Source of the DNA: Rickettsiales bacterium
Lineage (GTDB): Bacteria > Pseudomonadota > Alphaproteobacteria > Rickettsiales > UBA3002
Direction of reading: 5' to 3'
DNA length: 37,290 nt
Assembly: GCA_044239745.1 (NCBI GenBank)
Contig: JBIIAV010000003.1
Location: forward strand, 1 to 37,290
Every line of letters begins with the position of its first letter. Positions within the stretch are counted from its first letter, which is position 1. Of this stretch, positions 16,165 through 24,838 are shown in pieces. Below the pieces are notes generated by a model, which was not told where the DNA came from, did not search any database, and saw only the letters and a list, made by a program, of their open reading frames with translations. The position numbers and the translations under genes were made by a program.

Positions 16165-17883
16165 CTAGCGCAGCCCCTTCTTGGTCAGCTGACGGTTGAT
16201 GTAAAGCTGCTGCAAGATCGAGAGGGTGTTGTTCCACGCCCAGTAAATCACCAACCCGGCAGGGAAGGTCGCGAACATGAACAAGAACAGATAGGGCATG
16301 TAGTTCATCATCGCGGCCTGAATTTCATCGGCCGGTTTCGGGTTCAGCCGCTGCTGGATGACCATGGTGATGCACATGATGATCGGCCAGACGCCGATAT
16401 GCAGGAAGCTTGGCGCATCCCACGGAATCAAGCCGAAAAGGTTGAAGATATTGGTCGGGTCGACGACGGACAGATCCTGCACCCAGCCGAAGAACGGTGC
16501 GTGCCGCATCTCGATGGTGACGAACAGTACGCGGTAGAGCGCGAAGAACACAGGCAGTTGCAGCAGGATCGGCAAACATCCGGACATCGGGTTTACCTTC
16601 TCGCGCTTATACATCGCCATGATCTCTTGGTTCATCTTCATCTTGTCGTCCTTGAAGCGCTCGCGGATCTCGAGCATCTTCGGATTCAACTGCTTCATGC
16701 GGCTCATCGCCGTCATCGACTTGCTGGCCAGCGGGAACAGCAATATCTTAATGACGCAGGTCAGCAGCAAAATCGCGACGCCAAAATTACCAACATGGCC
16801 TTGGAAGAAGCTCAGCAATGCAAAAATTGGGCGCGTCAGGAAATAAAGCGTGCCAAAATCCACCGCGCGATCGAACAGCGGGATCTGGTATTGGTCGCGG
16901 TAATTATCGAGATGCTTGACCACCTTGGCGCCGGTGAACAGCCGCACGGTCACCGCCTCGCTCTTGCCCGCAGCAATCTCAAGCGGTAGCCCACGTATAT
17001 CGGCTTGGTAGGCATCGATCTCGCCACGTTTGAAGTACTTATACTCCGCATCGAACTTCTTACCGTTTTCCGGAATGATGGCCGTCAGCCAGTATTTATC
17101 GGTCATCCCAATCCACCCGCTGGTGTCGGGGAATTTTTGATTGTTCTCGTCGCGCAGGGCTTTGTAGGTGATGTCTTCCAGCACCTCGCCCATCACGCCC
17201 AGCGGGCCCTCATGCATGAAGTAGGTGTGCGCGTTGGTATCGGCATAATTGCGGCTGACAAGCCCATAGGGGTACAGCGTCACCGCGTCGCCGGAATCGT
17301 TACGCACCGTCGTCGTCACAGTGAACATGAAATGTTCGTCGATCGCGATTTTGCGCTCGAAGCGCAAGCCTTGACCGTTGCTCCATGTCAAGGTAACTGG
17401 CTTTTCGACTGTCAGTTCGGTGCTATTGGTTTGCCAGCGGCTTTTAGCATCGGGCATGCGCATGCCAGCTTGCTCAGCAAGCATACCCAGTTCAATAAAA
17501 TGCGCGTCAGGTGTATTGGCTTTCACCAGCAGCTTCACTTCCGGCGACCCCTCATCGAGCGTCTCTTTGTAGTTGGCCAGAGTCAGATCGTCGAACCGCG
17601 CACCGACCAAACTGATCGAGCCGTGCAACGACGGCGTATTGATGCGCACGCGCGGTGCGTTGGCCGTCACGTCCTCGATGCTGCTCGCATCGTGCTTGGG
17701 TGCCACGGGCGCTTTCGCCGCTTTTGCGGATTCCTTGGCGGCCTGCTCAGCCTTGGCGGCCTGCACCTGCGCCAAGCGCGGGCGCTCGTAAAAATATTGC
17801 CAGCCGAACATGATGGCGGTCGCCACCAGCAATGCCATCATGAGGTTCTTGATTTCAGGGCCTTGGGAGACAGAAGCGGTCAT
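16165..17883 (-). CDS. yidC: membrane protein insertase YidC
   Basis: It is 572 aa with an N-terminal TM segment and a large periplasmic domain. The C-terminal 60-kDa IMP core includes GNFGVAILLLTCVIKILLFPL, ...GCLPILLQLPVFFALY and PAGLVIYWAWNN. Confidence 0.96.
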   Translation of the reverse strand: MTASVSQGPEIKNLMMALLVATAIMFGWQYFYERPRLAQVQAAKAEQAAKESAKAAKAPVAPKHDASSIEDVTANAPRVRINTPSLHGSISLVGARFDDLTLANYKETLDEGSPEVKLLVKANTPDAHFIELGMLAEQAGMRMPDAKSRWQTNSTELTVEKPVTLTWSNGQGLRFERKIAIDEHFMFTVTTTVRNDSGDAVTLYPYGLVSRNYADTNAHTYFMHEGPLGVMGEVLEDITYKALRDENNQKFPDTSGWIGMTDKYWLTAIIPENGKKFDAEYKYFKRGEIDAYQADIRGLPLEIAAGKSEAVTVRLFTGAKVVKHLDNYRDQYQIPLFDRAVDFGTLYFLTRPIFALLSFFQGHVGNFGVAILLLTCVIKILLFPLASKSMTAMSRMKQLNPKMLEIRERFKDDKMKMNQEIMAMYKREKVNPMSGCLPILLQLPVFFALYRVLFVTIEMRHAPFFGWVQDLSVVDPTNIFNLFGLIPWDAPSFLHIGVWPIIMCITMVIQQRLNPKPADEIQAAMMNYMPYLFLFMFATFPAGLVIYWAWNNTLSILQQLYINRQLTKKGLR

Positions 17884-17898
17884 GGATACAACAATCGG

Positions 17899-18123
17899 TT
17901 AGGGGACGGGATCATGGCCGCTGCCACCCCATGGGTGGCAACGGGCAAGGCGTTTTAGGGCAAGCCATGTACCGGTGCAAGCCCCATGTCGCGTGATCGC
18001 TTCGCGGGCATAGTGCGAGCAGCTCGGGTGGAATCGGCAGGCGGGCATCGTGAACGGCGAAATGAAAAGCTGATAGAAGCGTATCAGTAGCAAGAAGGGC
18101 AGTCGGGAAAGCCGGCGGATCAT
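17899..18123 (-). CDS. yidD: membrane protein insertion efficiency factor YidD
   Basis: [27 protein letters not shown]...[14 protein letters not shown] is the canonical YidD sequence. Confidence 0.93.
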   Translation of the reverse strand: MIRRLSRLPFLLLIRFYQLFISPFTMPACRFHPSCSHYAREAITRHGACTGTWLALKRLARCHPWGGSGHDPVP

Positions 18124-18479
18124 CGTGCCCGCCCTGTGAGCGCCTGCTGCATGGCAGCACGCAACTGCGCCATCGGCACGTCCGCGGCACTGGGGGTCAC
18201 GTCCGCCAAGGCGATGAGGATATAATCATGATCGGGCGCGGCATGGTCGGGGAACAGCTCGCGCACCACGGCGCGCAAGCGGCGCTTGATGCGGTTGCGC
18301 ACCACGGCATTGCCGCATTTGGCCGTCACGGTGTAGCCCACGCGCACGCTGCCGGCTGCTGCCATGCCGCTAGGGGTGGGCGCCCGACGCACAATGAAAT
18401 AGGGGGTGACGGTCTTGCTGCCGCGCCTTAGGCGCAGGAAGTCGGAACGGTGCTTCAACGTAGTGATGAGATTCGGCAT
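18120..18479 (-). CDS. rnpA: ribonuclease P protein component
   Basis: [32 protein letters not shown]...[27 protein letters not shown] carries the RNase P protein RNR motif. The ORF track extends to a GTG at 18563. I prefer the ATG at 18479. Confidence 0.88.
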   Translation of the reverse strand: MPNLITTLKHRSDFLRLRRGSKTVTPYFIVRRAPTPSGMAAAGSVRVGYTVTAKCGNAVVRNRIKRRLRAVVRELFPDHAAPDHDYILIALADVTPSAADVPMAQLRAAMQQALTGRAR

Positions 18480-18571
18480 AGCGGAACACCAGCGCACGCG
18501 TGATTCATGGCACGTAACGACCGACTCCGTGCGCGAGAGGGCGACGCGATCGGCCGCCGGCACAACGCACG

Positions 18572-18706
18572 TTATGCGGAAAGAACCTTACGGCCTTTTG
18601 CGCGGCGTGCGGCGATCACTTTGCGGCCACCAACGGTTGCCATGCGCGCGCGGAAACCGTGACGACGGGCGCGGACGATCTTGCTTGGCTGATAGGTGCG
18701 TTTCAT
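18572..18706 (-). CDS. rpmH: 50S ribosomal protein L34
   Basis: [44 protein letters not shown] is the 44-aa canonical L34. AGGAG lies upstream. The ORF-track extension to 18811 is spurious. Confidence 0.96.
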   Translation of the reverse strand: MKRTYQPSKIVRARRHGFRARMATVGGRKVIAARRAKGRKVLSA

Positions 18707-18743
18707 GGCACTCTCCTTTGTTCGTATTATTTTCGGAAGGGGG

Positions 18744-18772
18744 CTTATAGGCGGTGCGCCCGACCTTGTCAA
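18744..18772 (-). promoter_or_regulatory. sigma70-type promoter for rpmH-rnpA-yidD-yidC
   Basis: On the minus strand: TTGACA (18772-18767), a 17-nt spacer and TATAAG (18749-18744), about 38 nt upstream of the rpmH ATG. Confidence 0.6.
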
Positions 18773-18850
18773 GCCGTCGCTTAGGGTAAGCGCTTTGGGC
18801 GTAAATCGCAAAAAATCCGTACGTTGCAGTGTTCATGGGCATGGTTTTGA

Positions 18851-18878
18851 TTGTATTTGGCGGCCCACGCGCTAGAAT
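18851..18878 (+). promoter_or_regulatory. candidate promoter abutting the histidine kinase start codon (possible leaderless mRNA)
   Basis: TTGTAT at 18851-18856, a 16-nt spacer and TAGAAT at 18873-18878. Only 6 nt separate the -10 from the ATG at 18885, and no Shine-Dalgarno is visible. Confidence 0.3.
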
Positions 18879-18884
18879 CCGGCC

Positions 18885-20366
18885 ATGTTTTCGCATCTCA
18901 AGTATCTGGCTGGCCTCAGTATCCTTATCATGATCATAGGGGCGGTCCTCGTCAGCCTATACACGGATAAATTCAAGGAAAAAGAGATGCTTGCGAGCGC
19001 CGCCAGCCATGTCGAGGCGACCGTCGCCAGCTACGGCACCGCCGTTTGGGAGCGCTACCGCGAGGAATTGCTGCGCAACCCCGCCTCGCCCTACCTCGAA
19101 TCCTTTAAAAAAGAGACGCTGGGCTTCTTCCAAGGCCAAAAACTAGTGAAAGTGACCGTTTTCTCGCCGGATGTCACCAAGCTCTATTATGGCTCCGGCG
19201 CCGAGTATGTCACGCTGGACGGCTCCACCCGCGTCACCTTGTTCGGCATGGATCAGGTGCTCAAAGGCATTCCGGTCAGCCGTACGCTGGCGCAGGTGCA
19301 GCTGACCAACAGCAGCGACCCCGCCCTCAAGCGCGCCATGGTACAATCGATTGTGCCCGTCATGCGTGCCGGCAGCGCCACACCCGACATCGTGGTCGAG
19401 ATCTACAGCGACGTGACCACGCGCTGGGACCCGCTCAACCAACGCCTACAAATTTTCGTCTTCTCCATCATCGGCACCTTCATATTGCTCATCATCGTGC
19501 TGCTGTTCACGGCCAGCCGCGCCGAATCCATCATCACCAAGCAGCATGAAGTCAACATGGAGCTGATCGCCGCTGCCGCGCAAGCCGAGGCACAAAGCCG
19601 CGATAAATCGCAATTCCTCGCCAGCGTCAGCCACGAGCTGCGCACGCCTTTGAACGCCATCATCGGCTTCTCGGAGATCATCCGTAACGAGGCCAAGGAT
19701 AAGCTCGAGAAGGTCTATCAGGAATATATCGAGGACATCCACGCCTCGGGCAAGCACCTGCTCAGCCTCATCAACGATATTCTCGATTTCAGCAAGGCCG
19801 AGGCCGGCAAGCTCCAGATCGAGTGGGCGGAGACGGATGCCACCAAGATCATCAGCAACTCGTTACGCATGGTGATGCCGCGGGCGGAGGCGGCGCAAGT
19901 CACCTTGGTCGAGGAAACACCCACCTTGCATCTGGTCATCGTCACCGATCCGAAAAAACTCAAACAGGTACTGCTCAACCTGCTCAGCAACGCCGTCAAG
20001 TTCACGCCGGCGGGCGGCGAAGTACGCTGCCACGCATGGACGGACGTCGTCACCGGCGCCCTCAACATCCAAGTACGCGATACCGGCATCGGCATCGCAC
20101 CGAAAGATATCTCGCGGGTGATGACCCCGTTCGGTCAGGTCGATTCGGCGCTGTCGCGCAAGTACGAGGGAACGGGGCTCGGCCTGCCGCTATCGAAAGT
20201 ATTCGTCGAGTCGATGGGCGGCACCTTCACCATCGAGAGCGAATTGAAGGTCGGCACCAGCATAACCATCACCATGCCCAAAGCCCCGCCGGGCTGGGGC
20301 ACCTCGGCCGTCAACGAACAATCCCACACCAAGAGCGAAGACCATGTCCCATCACAACACGCCTAA
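18885..20366 (+). CDS. membrane sensor histidine kinase (two TM segments, periplasmic domain of about 165 aa, HisKA plus HATPase_c); no adjacent response regulator
   Basis: H-box [22 protein letters not shown]-box [13 protein letters not shown]1 VRDTGIGI, G2 [10 protein letters not shown]. The TM segments are [19 protein letters not shown] and [19 protein letters not shown]. Confidence 0.9.
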   Translation: MFSHLKYLAGLSILIMIIGAVLVSLYTDKFKEKEMLASAASHVEATVASYGTAVWERYREELLRNPASPYLESFKKETLGFFQGQKLVKVTVFSPDVTKLYYGSGAEYVTLDGSTRVTLFGMDQVLKGIPVSRTLAQVQLTNSSDPALKRAMVQSIVPVMRAGSATPDIVVEIYSDVTTRWDPLNQRLQIFVFSIIGTFILLIIVLLFTASRAESIITKQHEVNMELIAAAAQAEAQSRDKSQFLASVSHELRTPLNAIIGFSEIIRNEAKDKLEKVYQEYIEDIHASGKHLLSLINDILDFSKAEAGKLQIEWAETDATKIISNSLRMVMPRAEAAQVTLVEETPTLHLVIVTDPKKLKQVLLNLLSNAVKFTPAGGEVRCHAWTDVVTGALNIQVRDTGIGIAPKDISRVMTPFGQVDSALSRKYEGTGLGLPLSKVFVESMGGTFTIESELKVGTSITITMPKAPPGWGTSAVNEQSHTKSEDHVPSQHA

Positions 20367-21192
20367 ACCGCGCCTCACCGTGCCACAATTTCAGGCCGCC
20401 AAAGGCAGCAAAAAACTGGTGGTGCTCACCGCCTATACCGCACCGATGGCGCGCCTGCTCGATGCGCATTGCGATATGCTGATGGTGGGCGATTCGCTCG
20501 GCATGGTCGTCTACGGCTTTGATTCCACCCTGCCCGTCACCCTCGACATGATGATCGCACATGGCGCGGCGGTCGTGCGCGGCTCGGCCGCGGCCTGCGT
20601 CGTGGTCGATATGCCGTTCGGCAGCTATCAGGCATCGCCGGAGCAGGCCTTCACCAATGCCGCCCGCATCCTGAAAGAAACCGGCGCCGCCTGCGTCAAA
20701 ATGGAAGGCGGGGTCGAACTCGCGCCCACCATTCGGTTCCTCACCACCCATGGCATTCCCGTCATGGCACATGTCGGGCTGATGCCGCAGCACATGCATC
20801 AAATGGGCGGCTTCAAGACCCAAGGCAAAGAGCTGGTCAGCCGCAGCGCTGTGCTTGCCGATGCCCGCGCCGTCAGCGATGCCGGTGCGTTCGCCGTCGT
20901 GCTCGAGGGTATCGTCGCCGATCTGGCCGAGGAGATCACCCGCACGATCTCCATCCCCACCATCGGCATCGGCGCTTCCCCCGCCTGCGACGGGCAAGTG
21001 CTCGTGGTCGACGACATGCTCGGCATGTTCGAACGCAGCCCGCGTTTCGTGAAACGCTATGCCGATCTGCGCAACGATATCAGTGCGGCGACGCAGGCAT
21101 ATGCCGAGGATGTCCGCAGCGGCGCCTTCCCGACCGACGCGCAATGCTACGGTGTGGTCACTCCGCCCGCAGCCAAGTCCGGCAAAAAATAA
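20344..21192 (+). CDS. panB: 3-methyl-2-oxobutanoate hydroxymethyltransferase
   Basis: [17 protein letters not shown]...[37 protein letters not shown]. It overlaps the kinase 3' end by 23 nt. Confidence 0.94.
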   Translation: MSHHNTPKPRLTVPQFQAAKGSKKLVVLTAYTAPMARLLDAHCDMLMVGDSLGMVVYGFDSTLPVTLDMMIAHGAAVVRGSAAACVVVDMPFGSYQASPEQAFTNAARILKETGAACVKMEGGVELAPTIRFLTTHGIPVMAHVGLMPQHMHQMGGFKTQGKELVSRSAVLADARAVSDAGAFAVVLEGIVADLAEEITRTISIPTIGIGASPACDGQVLVVDDMLGMFERSPRFVKRYADLRNDISAATQAYAEDVRSGAFPTDAQCYGVVTPPAAKSGKK

Positions 21193-21201
21193 CCAACAAT
21201 A

Positions 21202-22056
21202 CTATTGTGGTAGGGTGGGTGCGCCAACATCTGGCGGCGGGCCCATCGGCTCAGGTTCGGGTACGCCCTTGGCCTTGAGCGCCTCTTTTTCGCGCTTGAT
21301 TTCGTCGAGCTCTTTTTCGACCGCCTCAAGGCGATTCAACCGTTCGCCCACGAAATAGCGCATGAAATTCAGCTCGCCTTGGCTGAATTCCTCGGGGCGC
21401 TTTAGAATATCCTCGATGATGGCCAGCGCCTCGCCGAACTCGCCGCGCCCCTCATGGATGAAGGCCGGCATCTGCTGCGCCCAGATCGGGATGCCGTGCA
21501 CGCCACGCAAGGTGGTGGCGATCTCAAGCGCGCGGTCGGTGTCCTTCAGCTTATGCGATGCCAGATAGGTTGCCTGCACCACCCACCACCATTTTTCCTT
21601 TACGCGGCCATCGGTATATTCCTGCAGGTAATCGACCATGTATTTCACGTCGCTCGCGTTCTGGGTCTGGCTGAAATAATAGGAAGCCATCGCCGGCAGG
21701 TAGTTCGATTGGTTGTTCAGCCGGTCAAGCAAATGGAACCAGTGGTAGAGCTTGTTGAAATCGTATTTATAGAGCGCGGTGAAGCGCCCGAACGTATCGC
21801 CGGAGGTTTGGATATTGAGCGCCAGCAGGCGGAAGAATGCCTCCTCGTCGCCGAAGGAAAGCGCCCGCACCGTGCGCTCGCCGGGTACATCGGCCACGAT
21901 GCCCATCTCGGGCTTGATCGCAAGGGTATGGTTCCAAAACAACCCCTGCCCACCCAGCAACAATGCCAATACGCCGACAGCCACCCGCATCGCGGGGTCG
22001 CGCATCAGCATGCGGCGCAGCGCAATATGCTGGCTAGGGCGGCGGAAGGAGAACAT
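21202..22056 (-). CDS. hypothetical membrane-anchored protein, predicted helical, with a coiled-coil and Pro-rich C-terminus
   Basis: GGAG lies 5 nt upstream of the ATG. One TM segment (VAVGVLALLLGGQGLFW) is followed by a Trp/Tyr-rich region of about 190 aa (KYDFNKLYHWFHLLDRL...KEKWWWVVQATYLASHKL...). The C-terminus is LEAVEKELDEIKREKEALKAKGVPEPEPMGPPPD. I recognise no family. It is the last gene of the secretin operon. Confidence 0.6.
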   Translation of the reverse strand: MFSFRRPSQHIALRRMLMRDPAMRVAVGVLALLLGGQGLFWNHTLAIKPEMGIVADVPGERTVRALSFGDEEAFFRLLALNIQTSGDTFGRFTALYKYDFNKLYHWFHLLDRLNNQSNYLPAMASYYFSQTQNASDVKYMVDYLQEYTDGRVKEKWWWVVQATYLASHKLKDTDRALEIATTLRGVHGIPIWAQQMPAFIHEGRGEFGEALAIIEDILKRPEEFSQGELNFMRYFVGERLNRLEAVEKELDEIKREKEALKAKGVPEPEPMGPPPDVGAPTLPQ

Positions 22057-22074
22057 GCAAGCTCCGTAGCGTTG

Positions 22075-22848
22075 CTAGAATTGTTTGCGTTTAAAATCGA
22101 TGACGGATGCCGCGATCAGCAGCGGAATGAACACCGCCGATTGCATCAGCACCAAATAGAGATCCTCGTACGATTTCGCACCGTAGATGAGCCAGTTGCT
22201 CTTGGCATAGAAATCCAGACGCGGCACCACCAAGGCAATGCCTTTCATCAGCCACTGCGCACCGAGATTGATCTCGTGTTCCTTGAAGATGCTACCGGAA
22301 TTGGTGGTGGCGATGAAGAATCCCATCATGCGCGACAGCGTGTAGATCGCCATCGATGCCAGCACCGTGCCGACCCCGCTTTTAATGGTCAGCGCCGCAA
22401 ATAGCGCGATCGAAACCACCAGCCACGACTCCAGCAGCAGGCTGAGCGACCAAAGCAAGAAGCCCGTATGGTTCAAGGTGCCGATGATGGCAACGAGCAG
22501 AATGGTCGGCACCACCAACAAGCTGACAACCACCGAGAAACCGACCCAATAGGAAAGCACTAGCGAGCTGCGCGATACCGGCCGCGACAGCAGCACGTCG
22601 ATCTCGCGGGCATCGAACGCATTGCGCATATGAAAGCCGATGAAGACGATGATGCCGACCATGATGATCACCCGCGCCGAGGCCGCGGTGAAGGCGATGG
22701 TCATCTGCTCCTGTTCGAGCATCGCGGTCGAGCCGAGCACGCTCGAAATATAGGCCGCCGAAAGGATGCCCGCGAGCAGGCCGAAGAACAGGCGGTCGCG
22801 GGTAGCGGTGAGCAGCACATAACGGATGTTACTGAGCATGGCCGTCAC
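22075..22848 (-). CDS. six-TM integral membrane protein, ABC-2-type permease-like, with no adjacent ATPase
   Basis: It is 257 aa with six hydrophobic helices in the ABC-2 layout. The N-terminus MLSNIRYVLLTATRDRLFFGLLAGIL resembles ABC-2/NosY-like permeases. The start is a GTG at 22848 or an ATG at 22839, 9 nt after the secretin stop. The family call is by topology and resemblance only. Confidence 0.55.
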   Translation of the reverse strand: MTAMLSNIRYVLLTATRDRLFFGLLAGILSAAYISSVLGSTAMLEQEQMTIAFTAASARVIIMVGIIVFIGFHMRNAFDAREIDVLLSRPVSRSSLVLSYWVGFSVVVSLLVVPTILLVAIIGTLNHTGFLLWSLSLLLESWLVVSIALFAALTIKSGVGTVLASMAIYTLSRMMGFFIATTNSGSIFKEHEINLGAQWLMKGIALVVPRLDFYAKSNWLIYGAKSYEDLYLVLMQSAVFIPLLIAASVIDFKRKQF

Positions 22849-22857
22849 CCACCAGCT

Positions 22858-24729
22858 TTATTCTGGAAAGAGGGGGCGCGGATCCGTCATGTATTTGTCG
22901 TACACGGCGCGGTCGATGCGGTCGGCGCTACCATCCGAATTCACGATCGTTGCCTTGATGAAGATGATCAGCTCGCGCTTGGAGGAATCTTCGCTGCGGC
23001 TCTTGAAGAGGTTGCCGAAGATGGGCAGCTCGCTGACGCCGGGGGCGCCGGTCTCGCTGTTGCGGGTCACGTCCTCCATCAGGCCGCCGATGATCATCAC
23101 GCCACCGCTTTTCACTTTGGTGATGGAATCGATCTCACGCACCTCGATGACCGGCACGTTGATGTCGGGAATCTGTGCAACGGCCGCAGGCGTCGTCGCG
23201 ATCGAGCGCAGGAAGCCGGTTTGCGGGTTGGTGGCCGTGCCCACCTGACGCGTCAGGGTCGGGCGCACGTTGAGTGTGATCTCCTGCGTATCGAGGCTGA
23301 TGGAAGGAATGATGCTCAGGATGATACCGATCGGTACCGTCTTTTGCGTACAGGAAAGTGCGGCCTGACTGGACGACGTGCTGGCACTGCCCGTCGTGGT
23401 CGTCGAACTTGGCGTATAAGTACAGTCGAAATATACCGTGTTGCGGGCGAAGGTCAGCACCGCTTGCTGGTTGTTGATGGCCGACAAGCGCGGGCTCGAA
23501 AGCGTGCGCGTCGTACCATAAGTCTGGGTGAGCGCTAGCACGCCGCGCAGGTCGCCGGAATCGACACCGAAGGTCAGGGCAGGGTTGCCCGTGCTGTTCG
23601 TGCTCAGTGCATTGGTGGTTGCAGGCACCGACGGTAAATAGCTACCCACGCCCAAGCGCACGCCCTTGATATCGCCAAGCACACGGTTCCAATCGACACC
23701 GGAGGCGAACTGATCCGCGAGCGCGACCTCGACGATCTTCGCTTCGATCAGCACTTGTGCCGAGGCGTTGCGCGTCATCAGGTTCAGGAAGTTACGCACC
23801 ATTTCATGTTGGCGCTCCGTCCCGTTGACGGAAAGCACGCCGGCCTGACGGTTGATGACAAGGCTGCCTTTTGCATCGGCAGGCTTTTCGCTCTCGCTAT
23901 CGCTGTTAAGCGCACCGTCGGTAGGCTTATAGCTGAGGATCTCGGTGATCGATGCTTCAAGCGACGACCAAAGATCGCTCTCTGCCGTTGCGTCGATCGT
24001 GCTGGTCGAGCCGCTGGTACCGACCCCCGTGCTATCGCTGGAGCCGCCGCCCGAACCACCGCTGGAACCACCGCTGGAGCCGCCGCTACTACCACTCGAA
24101 CCGCCACCACCACTGCCTGAAATGATGTTGGTGCTGAGGTTATAACCCGATTTGCTGGAGCGCACGAGGTTCAGGAAATCCAGCGAGTAGTTCTTGAGAT
24201 AGGGCAGATCGCGCTCGACGCGTATCGACTTGCCGCTGACGCTGTAGCGCAAATTGCCAAGGGTGGCGATACGCTCGATTACTTCGTTGAAGGGGCGATC
24301 GGTCGCACGCAGGTTGATGCCGGTCGTATCAAGGCCGGAGCCGACCTCGATATCGACGCCCGCAAGGCGGCCCAGTTCGAACAGTACATCGCGCAGCGGC
24401 ACATCGTCCGTCACCGAGAGGGTGACCAGCTTGGCATTGCCCACTTTCGGCGGACGCGGCGCTTCAAGCACCTGCGCCAGATCCGGCACCGGCGGCGCAC
24501 CGACCGCGGTCGTGATATTGGTCTCTTGCTTCTCGTTGGCCTCTTTGATGGCCTTGTCGATCTTGTTGATGTCTTGGAAGTCCTTGATGGTCAGGTTCTG
24601 GCTACGGTCAATGACGTCCGTATCCGAGCCCTTTTTCGGCACGAAGGAATCAAGAAAAGTGCATCCATAAAGGGGGAGTGCGCAGGCAACCAGCAGACCC
24701 CATTTCACTGTTCTTGATGTCGAATACAT
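22858..24729 (-). CDS. secretin-family outer-membrane channel, probable lipoprotein (MshL/PilQ/GspD-like)
   Basis: The C-terminal secretin domain includes TRTLSSPRLSAINNQQAVL, ...INVPVIEVREIDSITKVKSGGVMIIGGLM... and GVSELPIFGNLFKSRSEDSSKRELIIFIKATIV. The N-terminal domain LVTLSVTDDVPLRDVLFELGRLAGVDIEV is like secretin N0/STN. The signal peptide has a lipobox-like LYGC (aa 20-23). Confidence 0.88.
   Translation of the reverse strand: MYSTSRTVKWGLLVACALPLYGCTFLDSFVPKKGSDTDVIDRSQNLTIKDFQDINKIDKAIKEANEKQETNITTAVGAPPVPDLAQVLEAPRPPKVGNAKLVTLSVTDDVPLRDVLFELGRLAGVDIEVGSGLDTTGINLRATDRPFNEVIERIATLGNLRYSVSGKSIRVERDLPYLKNYSLDFLNLVRSSKSGYNLSTNIISGSGGGGSSGSSGGSSGGSSGGSGGGSSDSTGVGTSGSTSTIDATAESDLWSSLEASITEILSYKPTDGALNSDSESEKPADAKGSLVINRQAGVLSVNGTERQHEMVRNFLNLMTRNASAQVLIEAKIVEVALADQFASGVDWNRVLGDIKGVRLGVGSYLPSVPATTNALSTNSTGNPALTFGVDSGDLRGVLALTQTYGTTRTLSSPRLSAINNQQAVLTFARNTVYFDCTYTPSSTTTTGSASTSSSQAALSCTQKTVPIGIILSIIPSISLDTQEITLNVRPTLTRQVGTATNPQTGFLRSIATTPAAVAQIPDINVPVIEVREIDSITKVKSGGVMIIGGLMEDVTRNSETGAPGVSELPIFGNLFKSRSEDSSKRELIIFIKATIVNSDGSADRIDRAVYDKYMTDPRPLFPE
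24001..24120 (-). repeat. Gly/Ser-coding low-complexity tract with short tandem repeats inside the secretin gene
   Basis: The + strand reads gaaccaccgctggaaccaccgctggagccgccgct... It encodes SGSGGGGSSGSSGGSSGGSSGGSGGGSSDSTGVGTSGSTS (aa 204-243). Confidence 0.8.
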
Positions 24730-24794
24730 ATCGCCCCGTATAACGCTTCCGGTTTTCTAAAGTTACTACCATAACCTGTCGGTGCCACAAGCGG

Positions 24795-24803
24795 ATTGTA
24801 CCA
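24795..24803 (-). promoter_or_regulatory. candidate extended -10 promoter for the secretin gene
   Basis: The minus strand reads TGGTACAAT (TGnTAnAAT-like) about 65 nt upstream of the secretin ATG, within the 109-nt pilD-secretin spacer. No good -35 is present. Confidence 0.3.
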
Positions 24804-24838
24804 GATATGGGGATATCGATGATGGTATTTTAAAAGCG

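Noticed and set aside
15592-16989. A 465-aa ORF on the plus strand. Similar long ORFs occur at 10165-11319 (-), 17005-17958 (+), 20311-21144 (-), 21454-22404 (+), 22630-23538 (+), 24782-25720 (+), 26237-26968 (-), 29724-30590 (-) and 31309-32217 (-).
   Set aside because: All are mirror frames of confidently identified genes (engB/yidC, ctpA, panB, the secretin operon, pilD, glyA, ribB, nusB/thiL). All have R/G/H/D/Q-rich low-information sequences and no motifs. I treat them as GC-driven artefacts.
18707-18884. A possible replication origin, because rpmH-rnpA-yidC marks oriC/dnaA in many bacteria.
   Set aside because: No dnaA gene is present, and this spacer has no TTATCCACA-like boxes or AT-rich 13-mers. 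In alphaproteobacteria the origin is usually elsewhere. The spacer is explained by the rpmH promoter and the kinase promoter.
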